64,000 nt of DNA, taken from assembly GCA_964412775.1 (NCBI GenBank), contig CAYPPX010000002.1, positions 78,152-142,151 on the forward strand. The letters run 5' to 3'. The stretch's first letter is position 1, and each line of letters starts with the position of its first letter. Shown here one piece after another: positions 58,889-64,000 of this stretch. The stretch comes from an uncultured Pseudomonadales bacterium (GTDB lineage Bacteria > Patescibacteriota > Microgenomatia > UBA1400 > PJMF01). The notes under the pieces are model-generated. The model saw nothing but the letters and a program-made list of their open reading frames with translations, had not been told where the DNA came from and did not search any database. Both the position numbers and the translations under genes were made by a program.

Positions 58889-61645
58889 ATGTTTTTCTGT
58901 TACAATACTAAAACTATGGAAATTAACCTTACAGCAATGGCTGATAAAATTAGGTTGTTTAAGCGACAGTTACTCAGGAAAATTAGAATTTATTCAATTA
59001 GAATTTCTAATTCTAGGTCTAGAGGCAGTCGTCTTTCTCCGGTTCAGCAAGAGTTACTTAGAGTGAAAAGAATGAAGTTGTTAGCTCAGTTATCTGTGGT
59101 GGCTGTAGTAGTGGGTATTATCAGTTTTATTGGATTATTTATTTGGTATTCAAAAGATTTGCCAAAACCAGGTGAAGTAATTAGGCGAGATGGTTTTAGT
59201 ACTAAGATTTTCGATCGTGAAGGCCGGTTGCTTTATGACTTATATGACACCGAACGTCGTAATCCAATTACTTTGGATCAATTACCTGAAACTTTGAAAC
59301 AAGCAACTGTGGCAATCGAAGATAAAGACTTTTATAAACACAGTGGTTTTGATTTTTTAACTGTCGTTCGTATCCCATATAATATGGTTTTTAGACAAAG
59401 AGTAGTTGGTGGTTCAACCCTAACTCAACAGTTAGTCAAAAATGCACTTTTGACCAATGAAAGAACCCTTTCTAGAAAATTTAAAGAATTGGTTTTATCA
59501 ATTCAAATCGAAAGAACATTTACTAAAGATCAAATTTTAGAAATGTATCTAAACGAGGCCCCTTATGGTGGAACTGCCTGGGGAGTTGGGACTGCTGCTG
59601 AATTATATTTCAGTAAGCCTGTCTCTGAACTCTCTTTAATCGAATCAGCTTTTTTGGCTGGTTTACCCCAAAGGCCAAGCGTCTACTCACCATTCTCTGG
59701 TAAAAAAGATGCTGATGGTATTCCCTATTGGAAGATTAGAACAGAGAGTGTACTTCGAGCTATGGAAAAGAATGGTTACATTACTAAACTCCAAATGGAG
59801 GAATCGATTGCTGGTTTAGACTCACTAGCTTTTAACTCGACAGATACTGATATTAAAGCACCTCACTTTGTGTTTTATGTTCGTGATCAATTAGAAGAAA
59901 TGTTTGGCGTTGATTTAGTTGAAAAGGGTGGTTTAAAAGTTACTACTACGCTCAACCTTGAACTCCATGATCAAGCACAAAACATCGTTGCAGAAGAAGT
60001 TGAGAGTGTTGAGACTTACAACATTACTAATGGGGCTACAGTGGTAATGGATCCAAGAACGGGTGAAATTTTGAGCATGGTGGGTAGTAAAGATTTTTTT
60101 GATAAAGATATTGATGGCCAATTCAATGTTGCAGCTGATGGTTTAAGACAACCAGGGTCGTCGATTAAGCCAATTACTTACTTATCACTTTTTAGACGTG
60201 GTTATAGCCCTGCAACGATGCTGGCTGATGTGGAAACGGTTTTCAAACCAAACGAAAGTGCCGATGAATATAAACCCAAAAACTACGATGGCCAGTTTAG
60301 AGGCCCAGTTAGTTTGAGAAATAGTTTGGGTAGCTCTTTGAATATTCCAGCAGTTAAAGGTGTGGCTATAGTTGGAGTTAAAGAGTTTTTACAAACTGCT
60401 TATGATCTTGGTTTTAATACTTTAGAGCCGACTGATGACAACATGAAGAGATTTGGTTTGGCTGTAACCCTAGGTGGTGCTGAAGTTCATCTGTTGGATA
60501 CAGTTACTGCTTATAGTGCTTTTGCAAATAGTGGTTTGAAAGTTGAACCAGTATCGATCTTAAAAGTTGAGGACAAAGATGGCAAAACTATTTACGAGCA
60601 CAAGTTTGTAGAAGGTCCAAGAGTTATTTCTGAGGGCGAGGCCTTTTTAATCAATGACGTTTTGTCAGACAATAATGCTAGATTGCTTGCTTTTGGAGCT
60701 AATTCGTTACTAAACACTGGTCGAGCCATTGCCGTCAAAACTGGTACGACCAATGATCAACGTGATAACTGGACGATTGGTTGGAGCCAGGAAGTAATTG
60801 TTGGCACTTGGGTGGGAAATAATGATAACAGCCCGATGACCAAAGTGGCTTCTGGTGTAACTGGTGCTTCACCTATTTGGCGCCGGGTAATTTTTGCGGC
60901 TTTGGATATGGGTTACGGTACTCCAGCCTGGGTGATGCCAGCAGATGTAGAACAAGTCGAAGTAGATGCAATTTCTGGTTATAGAGCTCACGATGAGTTT
61001 CCCAGCAGAACTGATTATTTCCTGAAAGGGACTGTGCCGGTTTTACCAGATCCAATTCATGCCAAACTTAAAGTTTGCAATGGTGATGAGGGCAAATTAG
61101 CAACTGAGGCTAAAATTAGTGCGGGTGACTTTAAGGAACGTGAGTTTATTATCTTAAAAGAAAGTGACCCATTTAGTCAGGATGGAGTTAATCGTTGGCA
61201 AGATGGCATTAATGCTTGGATTGGAGGTCAGGATGACTCTAGATATAAGATTCCTACTGAATACTGTGGTGATACTAACGAAGTCTTTGTCAAAATTACT
61301 AAACCAGAAAACGAGAAGTCCTATGATGACACCAACATTGAAGTGCATATTGATGCTGGCAGTGATTCAGGGATAGATAGGATTGAGGTTTACTTGGATG
61401 GTGAAAAGAAAGAAGTCATTAATGATCGTAAATATCGTGGTTGGTTGAATTTCCCAACTGGTAAGCATGAGCTTTATGCCAAAGCATTTTCTAGAGATGG
61501 TAAAGAGGCTAAGAGTAATGTGATTAAGTTGGGCTCTGGCGGGGCTGATTGGAAAGACCCAGAACCAACGCCGACGCCTTCCCCTACTCCAGTGCCAACC
61601 GTAATTCCTAGTCCAACAATTATTATTCCGTTAGTGACACCATAA
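58889..61645 (+). CDS. Class A penicillin-binding protein (glycosyltransferase plus transpeptidase) with a C-terminal extension ending in a Pro/Thr-rich tail. The start is uncertain: the track start at 58880 is a TTG, and ATGs at 58889 and 58916 are candidates.
   Basis: GT51 motifs EDKDFYKHSGFD and GGSTLTQQL; transpeptidase SSIKP, SLN and KTGTT motifs; C-terminal PEPTPTPSPTPVPT. Confidence 0.8.
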   Translation: MFFCYNTKTMEINLTAMADKIRLFKRQLLRKIRIYSIRISNSRSRGSRLSPVQQELLRVKRMKLLAQLSVVAVVVGIISFIGLFIWYSKDLPKPGEVIRRDGFSTKIFDREGRLLYDLYDTERRNPITLDQLPETLKQATVAIEDKDFYKHSGFDFLTVVRIPYNMVFRQRVVGGSTLTQQLVKNALLTNERTLSRKFKELVLSIQIERTFTKDQILEMYLNEAPYGGTAWGVGTAAELYFSKPVSELSLIESAFLAGLPQRPSVYSPFSGKKDADGIPYWKIRTESVLRAMEKNGYITKLQMEESIAGLDSLAFNSTDTDIKAPHFVFYVRDQLEEMFGVDLVEKGGLKVTTTLNLELHDQAQNIVAEEVESVETYNITNGATVVMDPRTGEILSMVGSKDFFDKDIDGQFNVAADGLRQPGSSIKPITYLSLFRRGYSPATMLADVETVFKPNESADEYKPKNYDGQFRGPVSLRNSLGSSLNIPAVKGVAIVGVKEFLQTAYDLGFNTLEPTDDNMKRFGLAVTLGGAEVHLLDTVTAYSAFANSGLKVEPVSILKVEDKDGKTIYEHKFVEGPRVISEGEAFLINDVLSDNNARLLAFGANSLLNTGRAIAVKTGTTNDQRDNWTIGWSQEVIVGTWVGNNDNSPMTKVASGVTGASPIWRRVIFAALDMGYGTPAWVMPADVEQVEVDAISGYRAHDEFPSRTDYFLKGTVPVLPDPIHAKLKVCNGDEGKLATEAKISAGDFKEREFIILKESDPFSQDGVNRWQDGINAWIGGQDDSRYKIPTEYCGDTNEVFVKITKPENEKSYDDTNIEVHIDAGSDSGIDRIEVYLDGEKKEVINDRKYRGWLNFPTGKHELYAKAFSRDGKEAKSNVIKLGSGGADWKDPEPTPTPSPTPVPTVIPSPTIIIPLVTP

Positions 61646-62816
61646 CCAGGATTAGCCAACCACCCACCCATTGAGTCAGTAAATAATGGTCTAGTGTGAT
61701 GATTGGTAGGAATGTGAATAATAAAATTAGAGTTTTTTCTTTCATCAACCAAGCTTTGATGGTAGCTATTAAACCAAGACCGATTAAGCCAGTCTCAGTA
61801 AACCACAACAGTAAAGTATGGTGAACTGGTTGGATAAATCTAACTACTTCAGATGAGTAGTTACTTTTGAGTGAGTAAAGAAAACTATTAAGACCAGTGC
61901 CAAGAATAAAGTTTTCTAACCAAATTTTTAAGCCTTGTTGGTTGAGAAAAATTCTTCTTTTAAGTGATAAATCTGAAAAATATTTATCTAGATAAAATAA
62001 TAAAATTAATCCAGCAATAGTTAAAGCTAAAAACAAACTGATTGATAATTTACTTTTAAGTTGAGGAAAAGTTTTCAGAGTTAAATAAATAGTTAGAGCT
62101 ATTATGGCACTATAAGCTTGGGTCAAAAAAATCGTCCAACTGGCTAAAAAAATTAATAGCCAACCAAAATACTTGGGTTTGGTTTTTTGGAGTTCCAGTT
62201 TATTGAGTAAAACAATGGTATAAACCACCAAGAAGCCGGCCAAAATATTGGGATGAGCGGTTGATCCATATGGATTGATAGTCAAACCAGTTTTGAATTG
62301 AGTTCTGGCAATATTAATCGAGTTAGTTAAAGTGGTTTCACCTAAAAAACGATAGCTAAACAAATTACTTTGTTTGAAAAATTGCAAATTTGCTAACAAT
62401 AATTGAATAACAAAGCTAATTAATATAGCTAGGTAAATTAGTTTTTTATTAAGGTTATTGAAGTTGTTTTTGAGAAAAAATCCAAGACTAACAAGCTCTA
62501 AAATTCTGAAAAAATTTATTGATGAGATCAAACTATTTGCAGTGAAAAACTGGCGTAAAAAAATTATTACTAAAAATAAAAAAAATAGCTTATTTTTAAA
62601 AAAATTTAATTGGTTGCTTTTTATTAACTCAATCAGCCAAATAAATAAAATTAAAATAATTGGTAGTTCAGCCAACCAAATTTTGGGGATTAAATAATCA
62701 ACAAATAAACCATTGAGATAGGCTTCATTTTCTCCCCATCTAAAAAATAAGTTTAATGGTGCCAGAAAAATAGTGGCGGCTAATAGCCAGCTATAGATTT
62801 TGTTTATTTTAACCAT
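61623..62816 (-). CDS. Polytopic membrane protein, possibly O-antigen ligase/polymerase-like
   Basis: 397 aa with about 10 TM helices; no firm motif recognised. Confidence 0.3.
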   Translation of the reverse strand: MVKINKIYSWLLAATIFLAPLNLFFRWGENEAYLNGLFVDYLIPKIWLAELPIILILFIWLIELIKSNQLNFFKNKLFFLFLVIIFLRQFFTANSLISSINFFRILELVSLGFFLKNNFNNLNKKLIYLAILISFVIQLLLANLQFFKQSNLFSYRFLGETTLTNSINIARTQFKTGLTINPYGSTAHPNILAGFLVVYTIVLLNKLELQKTKPKYFGWLLIFLASWTIFLTQAYSAIIALTIYLTLKTFPQLKSKLSISLFLALTIAGLILLFYLDKYFSDLSLKRRIFLNQQGLKIWLENFILGTGLNSFLYSLKSNYSSEVVRFIQPVHHTLLLWFTETGLIGLGLIATIKAWLMKEKTLILLFTFLPIITLDHYLLTQWVGGWLILVMVSLTE

Positions 62817-62835
62817 AAAGATTTATGGCTTTATT

Positions 62836-64000
62836 TTATATCTTACCCACTAATTTAGCAGAGTATTTTTTTTCTACTTCTTTAACAATTTTTTGTCTAA
62901 TTGGTTTAATATCATCACTGGCTAAATTTTGTTTGGCATTCCAGTACTCGATACTAAAGGTATGATTTTGTTTGTAGATATCAGCTAGATCAACACTTTG
63001 AATGTTTGGATCAAGATTTTTGATCGATTCAACTATTTTTCCAACCAAGGTTTTTTCTGTGAGAGTAAAAGTTAAGGTTTCTTTGACACTGGCTGTTTTT
63101 GGTAGCGGTTGATAAGTCGGGTGAAACTTGATTAGTGGCAGTAACTGTTTAATCTCGATTTCTAGACAAATACTGTTATTTGCTAGCCAGAGTTTACCAA
63201 TGACTGTTTTTCCAACCAAGATTTTACCTTGGTTTTCATCAGGGGTTTGGTCAATACTAACCTCAGTTAGGTAAAACTTATTGAGCAAAGCTAAGAGGTC
63301 ACCTTTAGTTTCACGGAGTGGTTTTTGTGAGACCATAGCTAGGTGTAGGGTTTCATTTGGTAGCTCATTATTTTGAGGATGGTAAACATTGGCTAGCTCA
63401 AAAATAGCCAAGTTATTTTCCTGAGTGTTATTTGCCACAATCTCTAATAGTGATGGGACTAATGACCTTCTCAAGTAAACTTTATCTTCAGTTAAAGAAT
63501 TTGCTAAACTTAGGTGTTCTGTGAGTTGGTAACCACTTTGTTTTGCTAGTTCCTCACTAACCATTGAGTAGCTATAGACTTCAAACCAGCCTAAAGTAGC
63601 CAAAAAATGTTTAATTTTTTCTTCAAATTCAAAATTAAGATCAGTCGGTTTTTTTAGAGGAATGGCCGTGGGCATCAAGACACTTGGCAAATTATGGTAA
63701 CCATAAATACGAGCAATTTCTTCGACAATGTCAGCCGGAATATTGAGGTCTGTTCTAAAGGTTGGTGGAACAATGTGCAAAGTATTATTAATTGCTGTTA
63801 CATTACATTCTAGTTTTTTCAAAATGTTGATAATTTGTTGTTTGGGTATTTCAATACCCAAGTATTCATAAATTCTAGCCAAATCAACAATGATTGTTTT
63901 TGGGTTTGTAGCTTGAGTAAATTGATCATAAATTTCACTAGCTACCTGAGCTTGACAAAGATCTTGGTAAAGTTCGATAGCTCGCATGAAGGTTGGTTCA
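62836..64000 (-). CDS. pheT: Phenylalanyl-tRNA synthetase beta subunit, C-terminal part. The gene continues beyond the window end.
   Basis: B5-like region and a C-terminal FDX-ACB domain (TFSIEYWNAKQNLASDDIKPIRQKIVKEVEKKY). The reading frame is open to the window edge. Confidence 0.6.
   Translation of the reverse strand, partial: EPTFMRAIELYQDLCQAQVASEIYDQFTQATNPKTIIVDLARIYEYLGIEIPKQQIINILKKLECNVTAINNTLHIVPPTFRTDLNIPADIVEEIARIYGYHNLPSVLMPTAIPLKKPTDLNFEFEEKIKHFLATLGWFEVYSYSMVSEELAKQSGYQLTEHLSLANSLTEDKVYLRRSLVPSLLEIVANNTQENNLAIFELANVYHPQNNELPNETLHLAMVSQKPLRETKGDLLALLNKFYLTEVSIDQTPDENQGKILVGKTVIGKLWLANNSICLEIEIKQLLPLIKFHPTYQPLPKTASVKETLTFTLTEKTLVGKIVESIKNLDPNIQSVDLADIYKQNHTFSIEYWNAKQNLASDDIKPIRQKIVKEVEKKYSAKLVGKI

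Overview
The window is low-GC (about 36-38% by eye), gene-dense bacterial chromosome. Small proteins, an expanded type IV pilus inventory and ribosomal proteins with long tails make it look like a reduced-genome Candidate Phyla Radiation/Patescibacteria-type lineage; that assignment is inference. The genetic code is standard: TGA and TAA act as stops, long ORFs are intact and RF1 is present.

Housekeeping genes identified from motifs include prfA, rpmE, hisS, dnaB, an lgt-like gene with lspA, rluD, glyA, nfo, folD, rpsB-tsf, yebC, a gyrB-ppaC-gyrA arrangement, holB, rpmF (a 54-aa gene below the ORF-track cutoff), nusB, an ACP-like gene, rnc, rpsP with a KH-domain gene, recG, tyrS, a class A PBP and a partial pheT. 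There are three tRNAs: Ala-CGC, Leu-CAA and Ala-GGC, none with an encoded CCA.

The main accessory content is a large type IV pilus locus at 34.6-43.7 kb (pilB, pilT, pilC, a major pilin, pilD and five more pilin-like genes). Against its 3' end sits a convergent minus-strand operon (43.2-49.5 kb) encoding two tandem paralogous Cys-rich secreted proteins, two membrane-anchored proteins and a pilin-like protein. This operon is the best candidate for an undescribed pilus-associated surface system. A second pilus locus (pilX-like, pilM, pilN, pilO) lies downstream of recG.

Other loci of note:
- An atypical 1.8-kb ORF-free AT-rich region carries repeated CCAGGCT motifs. A tyrosine recombinase and an IMPase-family gene lie between exact 20-bp direct repeats next to tRNA-Ala(GGC), which could be a small integrated-element remnant.
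- A markedly GC-rich lipoprotein gene (764-1840) is flanked by inverted repeats and is probably foreign.
- The ACP homolog lacks the phosphopantetheine-attachment serine.
- A terminator-like hairpin just upstream of hisS may be a T-box-type leader.

No CRISPR array or rRNA was seen.
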